64,000 bases of DNA from Myxococcales bacterium (GCA_047601445.1 JASGJH010000001.1:5856001-5920000); one strand, 5' to 3'. Shown: positions 18,407-29,231, numbered from the stretch's first letter. The notes: generated by a model from the sequence alone, not told the origin. Made by a program: numbers and translations.

Positions 18407-21400
18407 TCAGCCGTCTTTGCGCGGCGGTCGGGTTACGGCCACGGTGGCCGCATCGCGCTCGGACTGCTCCATCTTGCTGCGCGGGCCCGAGCCGGTCTGC
18501 GAAGCTGCGGCGAGCGCGCCGGAGACCAGCTGGTCCTTGCCGCGTGAGCGGGGCATGCGGGTGCTGGTGCTGTCGCCGGCCATGCGAGACTCCCGGCCGC
18601 GCGGGCTGAGGGCGAGCTCACTCAAGCGCTCGCACTTGGCGATCAGCGCGGGCGTGTTGGTGGGCCGGTACCACTGCTCGCACTTGGCCAAGCTAAAGGC
18701 GTATTCCTCGGGGATACCAGCCGCCCAGGCGATCTCCGCGCGCACTTCCTGCAATCCACCCTGGACGAGCGGATGATTGCTGGTGCTGTAGCGCTTGATC
18801 AGGGCATCCACTTCGCCCATCGCCTGCTCGTGCTCACCGAGGCCGGAGAGCGCCAATGCGTGCTCCATCTCCACGTGCAGGAACATGGTCACATAGTCGC
18901 GGTCGCGCTCGGTCATGCGCGCCATCACGGTCACGCAGTGCTCCAGAGCCTCCGAATGCTTGCCGCGCTCGTTGTAGGCCTGCGCCAGGAAGCCGTGCAG
19001 GGCAGCCCAGCCGATGTAGCTGCGTGGCGCCCTCACGCGCAGCGCGTCGTCGAGCGTATCCAGCGTGGTCTCGAGGTCTCCCTTGCGCACTAGCACGAGC
19101 GACGCGAATGCGAGCCGCTGATAGAACTCCAGGGAGTCCGCCTGCTTCTGCGAGACCTCCAGGCGGTCGCGTACGCGCGCCATGGACACGACGTCGCCGA
19201 GCAGCGAGTACACCGGAATCAAGGCCGGCGCCTCCCACAGCTCGACCTGCCAGGCCGAACCGACTTCGGCCGCGTGGATCTCCACCTGCTCGCGGTGGAC
19301 CAGGGCCTTCTCGGTCTCACCACGGTTGGTGTAGTAGAGGAAGCGCAGCGCACTGGCGATCATGGAGTAGAGCTTGAGGCCCGTGGCGTCCATGATGTCC
19401 GCGCTCTCGAGGGCGGCCTGGCCGTCCTCGCGGAACACCGCGAAGGCACCGCGCGCGAAGTGGCAACCTGCCACGTACAGGAGCCGCGCATTCTCCGGCA
19501 AGCCCCAGGCGAAGCGCGGATTGAGCTGAAAGTTCTTGGCCAGTCGATCGAAGGCCTCGTAGGCCTCGGCCTGGTTCTCGCGTCCGATTTCCTGCAGGCC
19601 CTTGGTGAAGTGGTAGATCGCCACCGGCGTGGTGAACGAGGGCAGCACGTCGAAGGGCTTGAGCGTATGGGCCACGCGGGCCGCGCGGTCGGCGTCGAGG
19701 GCCAGCGTGGCCGAAGCCGTCAGCGTGGTGACGGTGCCGAACAGCTGGACCAACATCGAATAGAACGAATAGGGGCGCTCGCGCTTGGGCACGCAATAGA
19801 AGCGCACGCAGGCCACGCTCAACGCGAAGAGCAACGCCAGATGGCGCCCGATGAAGCGCGACCACAGGCGGGCCAGGCGCAGACCACAGGTGTGCTCCAG
19901 CGTGTCGAGCGCCTCGTCGCCGTAGAGGTCACCGTAGCGACGCTCCTCGTAGTAGCTGGCCTGCGCCATGGTCGCGAGGAGGCACGCGCGCTGATAGATG
20001 GAGCAGCGGTGCTTCTTGTAGACCTTGAGCGCGGCCTCCACGGGCTTGCCCATGTGGTGAAGGTTCGCGATCAGCGTGCTGATGCGGAAGCTGTCGGACG
20101 CCACCAGCGCAATCATGTCGGCGCCGCGCATCTCGTCGCCGCCCCGGATCAAGTGCCAACCCGCCTCGATCTGCAGGATCGGGTCGTCGGATGCCATGGT
20201 CGAGAAGGCCGCACCGAGCCGCAAGTGGCAGCGCTTGCGACCTTGATCGCTGATGGCTGCGAGCACGGCTTCGCGCAGCGCCGCGCTGCTGAAGTGATAG
20301 CCATCCTCACCGCCGTGCAGCACGTCGTTGCGCGCAAGCTCGTCGAGCAGGACGTGAACGCTGCGCTCCTCCGGCTGGCTCACGCCGCTGTAGGCGTCGA
20401 ACACCAGCAGGCGGCACAGCTCGAGGGTGGGCCGCTCGCGTTGCACGCTGAGGCACTCGGCCAGCGAGCGTGCGGAGCTGCTCAGGCCTTCCAGGCGCGT
20501 CAGCAGCGCGTCCTCGAGCGCCGCCGGCAGCTCGGCGTCGGGGCGCTCGACCGGCAGTAGCCAGAGGCCGCCCGAGTAGCGGATCACCTTGCGCTGCGCG
20601 AGCTGGCGCGTGATCTCCATGCAGTGCAGCGGGCTGCCCAGCGTGCGCCCGTGCAGCCACTCTCCGAAGCGCTCCACGTTCGGCACATCGCCGAACAGCG
20701 AACGCACGAGCTCCAGGGTTTCCCTGCTCTCGAGGCCCGCGAGGGTCACGCGCGCGCACTGGTTGCGCAGTGCCTGGAGACCCACGCGGTTTTGGCGATC
20801 GCTGCCCGAGGTCTCTGTGAACACCAGGAAGATGGCGTTGTCCGCCGACTGCTTCGCCAGGCTCGCCAGCACACCGAGGCTCGCGTCGTCCGCGTGCTCG
20901 ACGTTGTCGACCTGCAGCACGAGCGGCTTTTCCTTGGCGATGCTGGCGAACCAGCCATCGAGGGCGAGGTGGAATTCTCCGCTGTCGCGCGCGCCCGGCG
21001 GCCAAGAGCCATTGGGCGGCGGCGGCCAAGAACCGCCCATCGAAGGCGGCGGCCACGAGCGACCGGTGGGCTGCATGGGCGGCACGGAGATGGCGGCCGA
21101 TCCCGGAGGAATCGAGGCGCTGGGGCCCAGGCGCGCCTCCACCTCGCGGCCCAGCGCGAGGAGTCCGGTGCGATAGGCGCGGGCCTCGTCGCGTGCCAGG
21201 TTGGGGAAAGCGTCGAGCAGGCGGATCGCCATGGCGCGCACGGTGCCTCGCGCGTGCCGGGTCGTGCTGGCGTCGACCCGGACCACGTGTGCCCCGGCGA
21301 TCTGTGCTCGCACCGCGACCTCTTCGAGGAAGCGCGTGCGCCCCATGCCCGCGGCACCTTCGATCAACACCGCGCTGCCCGTGCCGCGCCGCGCCGAGGT

Positions 21401-22348
21401 CGCGTGCTCGCTCAGGTCCTTGAGCAGCTCCGCGCGGCCCGTGAAGCGTGGGTTGAGCAGGAAGCTCTGCGCGAGCAGCTCGGCGTCGTCCTCCTTCTCT
21501 GGTGCCAGACCGCCGATGACCTCGAGGCGAGAGATCACCTCGGCGGCGCTCGCGGGGCGCGCCATCGGGTCCTCGCTCAAGAGCGACAGCACGAGCAAGT
21601 CGAGCTCGACCGGGATGCCCGGCACGAAGTCCGAGGGCGCCGGCGGCGCGTTCTGCCAAACCTGCGGTAGATCGTCGATGCAGTTGGCCGGATAGGCGTG
21701 CTGGTTGGTCAACATCCAGTACGCGAGTGCGCCGAGCTGATAGAGATCTGAGCGGTGATCCTGGGGCGCGTTGGCGACTGCCTCGGGCGGGATCGCCGGC
21801 GGCGTGCCCACGATCTCGCGCGTGTAGCCGAAGCCCGTGAGCGCACCGAAGTCGAATAACTTGCAGTGACCGTCCGGCGTGCGGCGCACGTTGCCGGGGC
21901 TGAGGTCGCGGTGGATCAAGCGCCGGGCGTGCAGCAAGGCCAGCGAGGTCGCGACGTCTCGAAGATAGGAGCAAGCTTCGCGATAGGGCACGGGAGCGGA
22001 CTTGCGCATGTCCTCCCCCTGCAAGAGCTCCATCGTGTAGTAAGGGCCCTGCTCGTCGACTCCATAGTCGAAGACGCGGATGATGCGCGGATGATCCAGG
22101 CCGGCCAGGACCTGGTACTCGCGCTCGAATGCCTCGACGAAAAACGGACGGTCCAGAACTTGAGGCTTGATGCGCTTGAGCGCGCGCTCCTCACCGGCCT
22201 GACGGTCGAACACGCGCAGCACCGCGCCCATGCCACCCGACGCGATCTCCGCGTTGATGACATAGCGATCGGCGACGCGTCCTTTGCGAGCGGGTGGAAG
22301 GCTGCGAGGAGGCAGACTTACGCCGCGATTCCCAGGGACCGTTCCCAT
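18407..22348 (-). CDS. Ser/Thr kinase fused to a STAND/AAA-type NTPase and helical repeat region
   Basis: SGGMGAV, ALK, HRDLSPGN, DFG; FTGR motif, Walker A-like GAAGMGRT, Walker B-like LQVDNVEHAD, GSPL motif; long helical C-terminus. Confidence 0.88.
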   Translation of the reverse strand: MGTVPGNRGVSLPPRSLPPARKGRVADRYVINAEIASGGMGAVLRVFDRQAGEERALKRIKPQVLDRPFFVEAFEREYQVLAGLDHPRIIRVFDYGVDEQGPYYTMELLQGEDMRKSAPVPYREACSYLRDVATSLALLHARRLIHRDLSPGNVRRTPDGHCKLFDFGALTGFGYTREIVGTPPAIPPEAVANAPQDHRSDLYQLGALAYWMLTNQHAYPANCIDDLPQVWQNAPPAPSDFVPGIPVELDLLVLSLLSEDPMARPASAAEVISRLEVIGGLAPEKEDDAELLAQSFLLNPRFTGRAELLKDLSEHATSARRGTGSAVLIEGAAGMGRTRFLEEVAVRAQIAGAHVVRVDASTTRHARGTVRAMAIRLLDAFPNLARDEARAYRTGLLALGREVEARLGPSASIPPGSAAISVPPMQPTGRSWPPPSMGGSWPPPPNGSWPPGARDSGEFHLALDGWFASIAKEKPLVLQVDNVEHADDASLGVLASLAKQSADNAIFLVFTETSGSDRQNRVGLQALRNQCARVTLAGLESRETLELVRSLFGDVPNVERFGEWLHGRTLGSPLHCMEITRQLAQRKVIRYSGGLWLLPVERPDAELPAALEDALLTRLEGLSSSARSLAECLSVQRERPTLELCRLLVFDAYSGVSQPEERSVHVLLDELARNDVLHGGEDGYHFSSAALREAVLAAISDQGRKRCHLRLGAAFSTMASDDPILQIEAGWHLIRGGDEMRGADMIALVASDSFRISTLIANLHHMGKPVEAALKVYKKHRCSIYQRACLLATMAQASYYEERRYGDLYGDEALDTLEHTCGLRLARLWSRFIGRHLALLFALSVACVRFYCVPKRERPYSFYSMLVQLFGTVTTLTASATLALDADRAARVAHTLKPFDVLPSFTTPVAIYHFTKGLQEIGRENQAEAYEAFDRLAKNFQLNPRFAWGLPENARLLYVAGCHFARGAFAVFREDGQAALESADIMDATGLKLYSMIASALRFLYYTNRGETEKALVHREQVEIHAAEVGSAWQVELWEAPALIPVYSLLGDVVSMARVRDRLEVSQKQADSLEFYQRLAFASLVLVRKGDLETTLDTLDDALRVRAPRSYIGWAALHGFLAQAYNERGKHSEALEHCVTVMARMTERDRDYVTMFLHVEMEHALALSGLGEHEQAMGEVDALIKRYSTSNHPLVQGGLQEVRAEIAWAAGIPEEYAFSLAKCEQWYRPTNTPALIAKCERLSELALSPRGRESRMAGDSTSTRMPRSRGKDQLVSGALAAASQTGSGPRSKMEQSERDAATVAVTRPPRKDG

Positions 22349-22655
22349 TGACTCCTAAAGCAGAAGCATACCAAAGGCTCAGGGTGATGACTCAACAGAG
22401 CTCCGTGGTCTACTGCGGATCGCGGATACAAAGGCCCACGTCGGCGTACGTGACGTGCCGACGGGCCGACCAAATCCATCGCGTATCGATGCGTTCGAAC
22501 TGGCTCGTCGGCATCGCTCACGAGCGTGAGAGCTATCACGTGTCCAGCACATTTGAGTAGTAAGAGACCAGACTCCGCTTGAAAGCCGTTCACCGCACTG
22601 CGTCAAAACAGTGAGACGAGATCTTCCCAGTCTGGCAGTCAGCATTTCACGCCGT

Positions 22656-23282
22656 TCAGGGCTTCACGGTCGCTTCGACCATGGCCCCGAAGGCTTCGGT
22701 GACCTCGCTCAGCTGCTGGTGACGCTCCGCCTCGGGCGTCTTGTGCGTGAGCGGGCCGTCGAGGGCCAGGCAGGCGAAGCCGTGGGCAACCGACCAAAAC
22801 AGCAGGAGCAGCGCGTCCCTCGAGGGATGGGCTGGAACCCCGCGCGCCACCGTCTCGTCGATCAGCCGCTGCAGGATGGAGAAGGCGCGATCGCCCTCGG
22901 CCTGGGCGCCAGGGCAGTTCTGCAGGTTCACGAGTTCCGGCCGGAACATCACGCGAAAATGGGCCGGATTCTGTAGCGCGAACTCGACGTAGGTCTTGAG
23001 CGCGGTGGTTACGCGCGCACGCAGGGAGGGGGCTTGCTCGGCCATGGCGCGCTCGATGGCGTCGGAGATCATCCGAAAGCCCTCCTGCGCGATGGCGCCG
23101 AGAATGGCCTCGCGATCGTCGAAGTGATGATAGGGAGCCTGGTGGCTGACCCCGGCACGCCTGGCCACCTCGCGCATGCTGAGGGCGCCGACCCCGGCTT
23201 CCTCGATCAACTGGATGCTGGCCTGGACGATGCGCTGCTGCTGGTCACTGAGCGGCGCTCCCGCCGGATCGAACTTCGACAT
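22656..23282 (-). CDS. TetR/AcrR family regulator (WHG-like C-terminus)
   Basis: HTH LSMREVARRAGVSHQAPYHHF; WSVAHG motif; divergent from the RND genes. Confidence 0.92.
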   Translation of the reverse strand: MSKFDPAGAPLSDQQQRIVQASIQLIEEAGVGALSMREVARRAGVSHQAPYHHFDDREAILGAIAQEGFRMISDAIERAMAEQAPSLRARVTTALKTYVEFALQNPAHFRVMFRPELVNLQNCPGAQAEGDRAFSILQRLIDETVARGVPAHPSRDALLLLFWSVAHGFACLALDGPLTHKTPEAERHQQLSEVTEAFGAMVEATVKP

Positions 23283-23307
23283 CAATCACCCATCCTGGGG
23301 CGCACCC

Positions 23308-23422
23308 TAGACAGTGTCAAATGGGGTCGCCAAGTGTCCCTGGAGACCAAGTTCATCACACTTCGCACAATAAGACTGGTCGACCGGTCAATGCTGTGAC
23401 ACTGTCATGTGACGCTGTCTAG
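23308..23422. promoter_or_regulatory. Three copies of a TGACACTGTC(T)A palindrome, putative TetR operators
   Basis: TAGACAGTGTCAA 23308-23320, TGACACTGTCA 23397-23407, TGACGCTGTCTAG 23410-23422 in the divergent intergenic region. Confidence 0.7.
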
Positions 23423-23443
23423 TAGACGCTTCCCGGAGGACCT

Positions 23444-24505
23444 ATGGGTGGCCGCGAACATCGTTTGAAGTTTCAACGAATTCTTGCGCTTACGAGCCTC
23501 GTTCCGCTCTTTTCCAGCGGCTGCGGTGGCTCGGCGGTTCACGCGGAGTCCAAGCCCGACCAGGAGCTGGTGGCCGTGACGGCTCAGGCTATCGGGCATG
23601 ATCCCGTGACGCGTATCATTCGAGCTTCGGGAACCCTCGAGCCCAAGCGTGAGCACACGCTCTCCTTCAAGGTCGGCGGAGTCGTGGCGCAGGTCCTGGT
23701 CGAAGAGGGCAAGCGCGTACGCCAGGGCCAGGTGCTGGCACGGCTGGACGCCACCGAGGTCCTGGCCGGCGAGAGCCAGGCCCAGCAGGGACTACAGAAG
23801 GCGGAGCGCGACGCAGCCCGCGCCCGCACCCTGCGCGATCAAAATGGCATCGCGCGCAGCATGGTCGACGACGCCGAGACCGCGCTCGAGGTGGCCCGGG
23901 CCAGCGCGGCGAGCGCCGCTTTCAACCTCAAGCACACGGAGCTGGTCGCTCCGAGCGACGGAGTCGTCGACCGGCGCATGGTGGAGAAGGGGCAGATCGT
24001 GGGCCCGGGCACGCCGCTCTTCGCGCTGAGTACGGCGGACACCAAGGTGGTTCGCGTGCAACTCACCGACCGCGACGTCCTCGATCTCAAGCTCGACGAC
24101 GAGGCCAAGGTGGTGCTCGACGCCCGCCCCGAGCTGCCGCTCTCCGCGCGGGTCACGCGCATCGCGACGCTGGCTTCCCCGGGGGCCGGCACCTACGAAG
24201 TGGAGCTCGCGGTGCAGGACGAGTCGGCGCGCAGCCTGCCTGGTGGGCTCACGGCCAAGGTGCTGTTCGAGCGCATCGAGCACCCGCGGGCTTCGGTTCC
24301 GCTCACGGCGCTGGTGGGCGGTCAGGGCGACGGCTCGGCTGTCTACGTGCTCGAGGGAGACAAAGTGCACCTCGCTCCCGTGCGCATCGCCTTCATCAGC
24401 GGTGAGCAGGTGGCTCTGGTAGAGGGCCTCGAGGGCGCCGAACGCGTGGTCAGCGCGGGGGCGGAAGAGCTGAGTGACGGCGCACGCGTGCGCCTCTCGC
24501 GCTGA
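23444..24505 (+). CDS. RND efflux periplasmic adaptor (MFP), lipoprotein
   Basis: LSFKVGGVVAQVLVEEG...GQVLARLD, LVAPSDGVV lipoyl-like halves. Confidence 0.93.
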   Translation: MGGREHRLKFQRILALTSLVPLFSSGCGGSAVHAESKPDQELVAVTAQAIGHDPVTRIIRASGTLEPKREHTLSFKVGGVVAQVLVEEGKRVRQGQVLARLDATEVLAGESQAQQGLQKAERDAARARTLRDQNGIARSMVDDAETALEVARASAASAAFNLKHTELVAPSDGVVDRRMVEKGQIVGPGTPLFALSTADTKVVRVQLTDRDVLDLKLDDEAKVVLDARPELPLSARVTRIATLASPGAGTYEVELAVQDESARSLPGGLTAKVLFERIEHPRASVPLTALVGGQGDGSAVYVLEGDKVHLAPVRIAFISGEQVALVEGLEGAERVVSAGAEELSDGARVRLSR

Positions 24506-24515
24506 GGAGGTCGGT

Positions 24516-27500
24516 ATGCTCGCCGAATTTTCGGTCAAACGCTGGCAGTTGACGCTAGTGGTGGTGATCGCGTTGATGGCGCTCGGGGTCAACTCGCTGC
24601 TGGGCATCCCCAAGGCCGAGGACCCCACGTTCCCCACGCCCGCCTTCTTGGTGGTCTCCGTGCTGCCCGGGGCGTCCCCCACCGACCTGGAGCGCCTGGT
24701 GGTGGACCCCTTCGAGGGCCGCATGAAAGCCCTCGAAAACCTCAAGAAGCTGCAGAGCACCATCGAAGAGAGCGTGGCCACCACGTTCGTGGAGTTCGAA
24801 GCTGACTCCGACCCAGACAGCAAGCACGACGAGATGCTGCGTGAGATGAACGCGCTGCGCCCGGAGCTACCCGCTGAATTGGTGCGCTTCGACCTGACCC
24901 AGTTCAATCCCTCCAACGTCAACATCGTGCAGGTGGCGCTGGTCTCGGACCACGCGCCCTACCGCGAGATCGACAAGGTGGCGCGCGCGCTCAAGCGACG
25001 CGTGGAAGTGGTGCGCGGTGTGGACCAGGTCATGCTGCGCGGGCTGCCCAAGCAGGAAGTGCGCGTGGTGCTCGATCTGCCGCGCATGGTGGCTCTCGGT
25101 ATCTCGCCGCTCGAGGTGATCAACGCCATCGGCGCGGAGAGCACCAACATTCCGGCCGGCGCCGTGGAGCAGGGGGCGCGTCGCTTCAACGTCAAGACCA
25201 GCGGCGACTACCAGTCGGTGGACGAGGTGGCCTCCACCGTGGTGCGCTCCGTCCGGGGTAGTGCGGTGCGCGTGCACGACGTGGCGCAGGTGTCGCTGAC
25301 GGACTCCGAAGCCGTGGACATCGCCCGTTTCGACGGCAAGCGCGCGGTGCTCCTCTCCACGAACATGCGGGAGAACGAGAACATCTTCGCGGTGACGGAG
25401 GGCATCGAGCGGGAGCTCGCCGCCTTCGCGCCCCAGGTCCCCCGCAGCATGAAGCTCGTGCACGGCTTCAAGCAGGCCCACAACGTCGAGCACCGCATGT
25501 CGGGGTTCGCGCGCGACTTCGCGCTGGCCATCGTGCTCGTGCTGGCGACCCTGCTGCCGCTCGGGCTCCGCGCGGCGGTGGTGGTCATGGTGTCTATTCC
25601 GCTCAGCCTGGCCCTGGGCCTCGTGATGCTCGAGGTGTCGGGCACCACCATCAATCAACTCAGCATCGTGGGCTTCGTGATCGCGCTCGGGTTGTTGGTC
25701 GATGACTCGGTGGTGGTAGTGGAGAACATCACGCGCCACCTGCGCGAGGGACTCGCGCCGCGTAAGGCCGCGATCGCGGCCACCAAGCAGATCACCGCGA
25801 GTGTGCTCGGTTGCACGGCGACCCTGATGTTCGCCTTCATGCCGCTCCTGGTGCTGCCCGGCGCGGCCGGACAGTTCATCCGCTCCCTGCCGCTGGCGGT
25901 GTTGTTCACCATCGGCGCCTCGCTCCTGATCTCGCTCACCGTGGTGCCCTTCCTCTCCAGCGTGGTGCTCAAGGAGGAGCCCGAGCACGGCAACGTGTTC
26001 TTCCGCGTGATGACCTCCACCATCGAGCGCACCTATCGCCCCATCCTGGCCCGTGCGCTCGCACATCCCTTCCTCACCCTGCTCGCTGCCAGCGCCCTGT
26101 TCGCGGGCAGCCTGGCGCTGGTGCCCAGCATCGGCTTCAGCCTGTTCCCCAAGGCGGGCACCCCCGAGTTCATGGTGAAGGTGGACGCAGCCGAAGGCGC
26201 GAGTCTCGCCGCCACCGATCGCGCCGCGCGCTTCGTGGAGGACATCGTGCGGGCCCAGCCTGAGGTGAGTTGGGTGTCGACCACCGTGGGCAAGGGTCAA
26301 CCGACGGTCTACTACAACATGCCCGTGGGCGGTGAGAAGGTGAGCATGGCCGAGGTCTACGTGCAGGCCCACCTCACGCCGGACACCGCGCCCGCCTTCT
26401 ACGAGGCGCTGCGCGCGCGCTTCGCGAACTACCCTGGTGCGCGCATCACACTCAAGGAGTTCGAGAACGGGCCCGCGCTCGATGCGCCCATCGCCATGCG
26501 CCTGATGGGCGACGACCAGGAAGCGCTCTCACGCGCCGCCGAGAGCATGGAGAAGCTGTTCCGCGAGACCCCGGGCACGCGCGACGTCAAGAACCCGGCC
26601 CGCGAGATCCGCACCGACTTACGGCTGAACGTGGATCGCGACAAGGCCGCACAGCTGGGCGTCTCGGTGGCCGATGTCGATCGCGCCACGCGTCTGGCCC
26701 TGGGCGGCGTGGTGGCCGGCAATTACCGCGAGAGCAACGCGGACGACCCCTACGACATTCGGCTCACCTTGCCGCGCGCGACCACGCCCATCGCTGGCGG
26801 CGCACGTCCCTCGCTCGAGGCGCTCGACTTGCTCTACGTGGGCACCACCCAGGGCGGCGCGCTGCCCCTGCGCGGTGTGGCCAAGCTGGACCTCGAGACC
26901 TCACCGACCACGTTGCGGCACTACAACCGCGAGCGCAGCGTGACCGTCACCGCTTACCCGCGCGAGGGCTTCAACACCGATCGCGTGACCCAAGACATTC
27001 TGGGGCGCATCGCCAAGCTCAAGCTGCCTGACGGCGTGCGCGTGGTTCCGGCCGGCGAGATCGAGAGCCGTCAGGAGAGCTTCGGCGGGCTCGGCACTGC
27101 CGTGCTGATCGCCATCTTCGGAGTGCTCGCCATCCTGGTACTCGAATTCCGGACCTTCAAGAGCACCTTGATCGTGGCCTCGGTGATCCCGCTCGGTGTG
27201 GTGGGAGGCTTGGCGGCGCTCTATCTCAGCGGCTACACGCTCTCGTTCACGGCCAACATCGGGTTCGTGGCGTTGATGGGCATCGAGGTAAAAAACTCGA
27301 TTCTGCTGGTGGATTTCACCAATCAGTTGCGCCGCGAGGGGATGGGGGTCGACGAGGCCATCCAGAAAGCGGGTGAGGCGCGCTTCGTGCCCATCTTGCT
27401 CACGTCGCTCACGGCCATCGGCGGACTCATCCCGTTGGTGCTCGAGCGCTCGGCGCTCTACTCGCCGCTCGCTCTGGTGATCCTCGGAGGTCTGGTGAGC

Positions 27501-27635
27501 TCCACGCTGCTCACCCGCGTGGTCACGCCCGTGCTCTACAAGCTGCTCGCACCCGATGTCGGACGAGTTGCAGAGGCTCAGGTGTCCACCCCGTCGGTGT
27601 CGGAGACAGTACTCGGAGGGGTGCCCGCGGAGTAA
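24516..27635 (+). CDS. RND efflux permease (AcrB/AcrD/AcrF family)
   Basis: GAGGAGG RBS; IALGLLVDDSVVVVENI, GIEVKNSILLVDF, RFVPILLTSLT. Confidence 0.96.
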   Translation: MLAEFSVKRWQLTLVVVIALMALGVNSLLGIPKAEDPTFPTPAFLVVSVLPGASPTDLERLVVDPFEGRMKALENLKKLQSTIEESVATTFVEFEADSDPDSKHDEMLREMNALRPELPAELVRFDLTQFNPSNVNIVQVALVSDHAPYREIDKVARALKRRVEVVRGVDQVMLRGLPKQEVRVVLDLPRMVALGISPLEVINAIGAESTNIPAGAVEQGARRFNVKTSGDYQSVDEVASTVVRSVRGSAVRVHDVAQVSLTDSEAVDIARFDGKRAVLLSTNMRENENIFAVTEGIERELAAFAPQVPRSMKLVHGFKQAHNVEHRMSGFARDFALAIVLVLATLLPLGLRAAVVVMVSIPLSLALGLVMLEVSGTTINQLSIVGFVIALGLLVDDSVVVVENITRHLREGLAPRKAAIAATKQITASVLGCTATLMFAFMPLLVLPGAAGQFIRSLPLAVLFTIGASLLISLTVVPFLSSVVLKEEPEHGNVFFRVMTSTIERTYRPILARALAHPFLTLLAASALFAGSLALVPSIGFSLFPKAGTPEFMVKVDAAEGASLAATDRAARFVEDIVRAQPEVSWVSTTVGKGQPTVYYNMPVGGEKVSMAEVYVQAHLTPDTAPAFYEALRARFANYPGARITLKEFENGPALDAPIAMRLMGDDQEALSRAAESMEKLFRETPGTRDVKNPAREIRTDLRLNVDRDKAAQLGVSVADVDRATRLALGGVVAGNYRESNADDPYDIRLTLPRATTPIAGGARPSLEALDLLYVGTTQGGALPLRGVAKLDLETSPTTLRHYNRERSVTVTAYPREGFNTDRVTQDILGRIAKLKLPDGVRVVPAGEIESRQESFGGLGTAVLIAIFGVLAILVLEFRTFKSTLIVASVIPLGVVGGLAALYLSGYTLSFTANIGFVALMGIEVKNSILLVDFTNQLRREGMGVDEAIQKAGEARFVPILLTSLTAIGGLIPLVLERSALYSPLALVILGGLVSSTLLTRVVTPVLYKLLAPDVGRVAEAQVSTPSVSETVLGGVPAE

Positions 27636-27764
27636 ATCCGGGCGAAGCGAGAGGCAGACGCAAATGTCGGGCAAACAGATCATGCGCACCTTCGCCTGGC
27701 CCAGCGACGGCATCGCCAAGAAACGGCTCGAAGCTCCCAGCAACTTCTGAGGCGAGCTCGGGCC

Positions 27765-29231
27765 TCAGCCGAGGAGCTCGTAGTCCGCGGGGCGCACGCG
27801 TCGCGTGGCGAGCCAAAAACGCGCCGTGCTGTGGGGCCAGAGCGAGAAGTTCTTGCCGCCCTCCTGCTGATACCAGCTACGGCAGCCGGTGTTCCACACC
27901 GTGCCCGAGAGCTCCTCTTGCAGGCGCTCGTTGAAGCGCTGCTGGGCCTCCGGACGCACGCTCAAGGCGCGCGCGCCGCGCTCCTGCACGAGCTTCATGC
28001 ACGAGAGCGCGTAGTGAACCTGGGCCTCGATCATGAAGATCACCGAGTTGTGCCCGAGCGTGGAGTTCGGCCCGAGTAGCTGGAACATGTTCGGGTAGCC
28101 CGCCACGGTGACGCCGTAGAAGGCCTCCGCGCCCTCACGCCAGGCCTCGCGCAGGTCCTGTCCCGCGAGCCCGGTACAGGCGAAATTCCGCAGATAAGTC
28201 CGCGGATCGGTGACGAACCCGGTGCCCAAGATCACGGCGTCCAGCGCGCGCTCGCGGCCATCCTCGGTGACCACTCCATGCGGCGTGAACTCGCGGATCG
28301 CGTCGGTCACGAGCTCGACGTTGTCGCGGTTGAAGGTGGGATAGTAGTCGTTCGAGATCAGGACTCGCTTGCAGCCGATGGTGTAGTCGGGCGTGAGCTT
28401 CGCGCGTATCGCAGGGTCCTTCACCTGGAGCCACATGAAGGCCTTGGCCATGGTCTCCGCCGTGCGCGCCAGACGCGGTCGCGAGAGAGGCAAGATGCGC
28501 GCTTCGTTCGTCCAGTAGCAACGCGTGCGGTGCAGCTTGCGCATGCCGTCTACACGCGCGAAGAGTCCCTTCTCGAGGCCCGAATAGGCGCGGTCGTCGC
28601 GCGGGATCACCCAGGCCGGCGTGCGCTGGAAGACGTGCAGGCGCGCGGTCTGGGGAGCGATCACGGGCAAGTACTGGATGGCGCTACCCCCCGTGCCGAT
28701 GGAGGCCACACGCTTGCCCGTGAGGTCGAAGCCGTGGTCCCACTGGGCCGAGTGGAACACGCGCCCGCGAAACTCCGAGAGCCCCTTGAACCTGGGAAAA
28801 GCGGGCACATGCAGCGGACCGGTGGCCAGCACGAAGAAGCGCGCGCTGATGCGGGACCCGGCCTTGGTGGTCACCCTCCAACGTCCGCTCTCCTCCTCGA
28901 AGTGCGCCGACTCGACCTCCTGGCCGAAGCGGATGAAAGGGCGCAGCTCGTACTTTTGCGTGACCTTGAGGATGTAGCTCTGGATCTCGTGCCAGGGTGC
29001 GTAGCGGCGGGACCAATCGCTCTTGGGTTCGAACGAGTAAGAGTACAGATGGGACTGCACGTCGCAGGCCGCGCCGGGATAGGTGTTCTCACGCCAGGTG
29101 CCACCCACCTCGTGGCCCTTTTCCAAGATCGCAAAGCGCTGGTAGCCGGCCTCGCGCAGCTTGATAGCGGTGCACAGACCTCCGAAGCCCGCTCCCACGA
29201 TCACGACATCCAAGAATTCGGTCTCGCTCAC
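27765..29231 (-). CDS. Flavin-containing / Baeyer-Villiger monooxygenase
   Basis: GAGFGG, GGTWRENTYPGAACD, BVMO fingerprint FRGRVFHSAQWD, GTGGSA. Confidence 0.93.
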   Translation of the reverse strand: MSETEFLDVVIVGAGFGGLCTAIKLREAGYQRFAILEKGHEVGGTWRENTYPGAACDVQSHLYSYSFEPKSDWSRRYAPWHEIQSYILKVTQKYELRPFIRFGQEVESAHFEEESGRWRVTTKAGSRISARFFVLATGPLHVPAFPRFKGLSEFRGRVFHSAQWDHGFDLTGKRVASIGTGGSAIQYLPVIAPQTARLHVFQRTPAWVIPRDDRAYSGLEKGLFARVDGMRKLHRTRCYWTNEARILPLSRPRLARTAETMAKAFMWLQVKDPAIRAKLTPDYTIGCKRVLISNDYYPTFNRDNVELVTDAIREFTPHGVVTEDGRERALDAVILGTGFVTDPRTYLRNFACTGLAGQDLREAWREGAEAFYGVTVAGYPNMFQLLGPNSTLGHNSVIFMIEAQVHYALSCMKLVQERGARALSVRPEAQQRFNERLQEELSGTVWNTGCRSWYQQEGGKNFSLWPHSTARFWLATRRVRPADYELLG

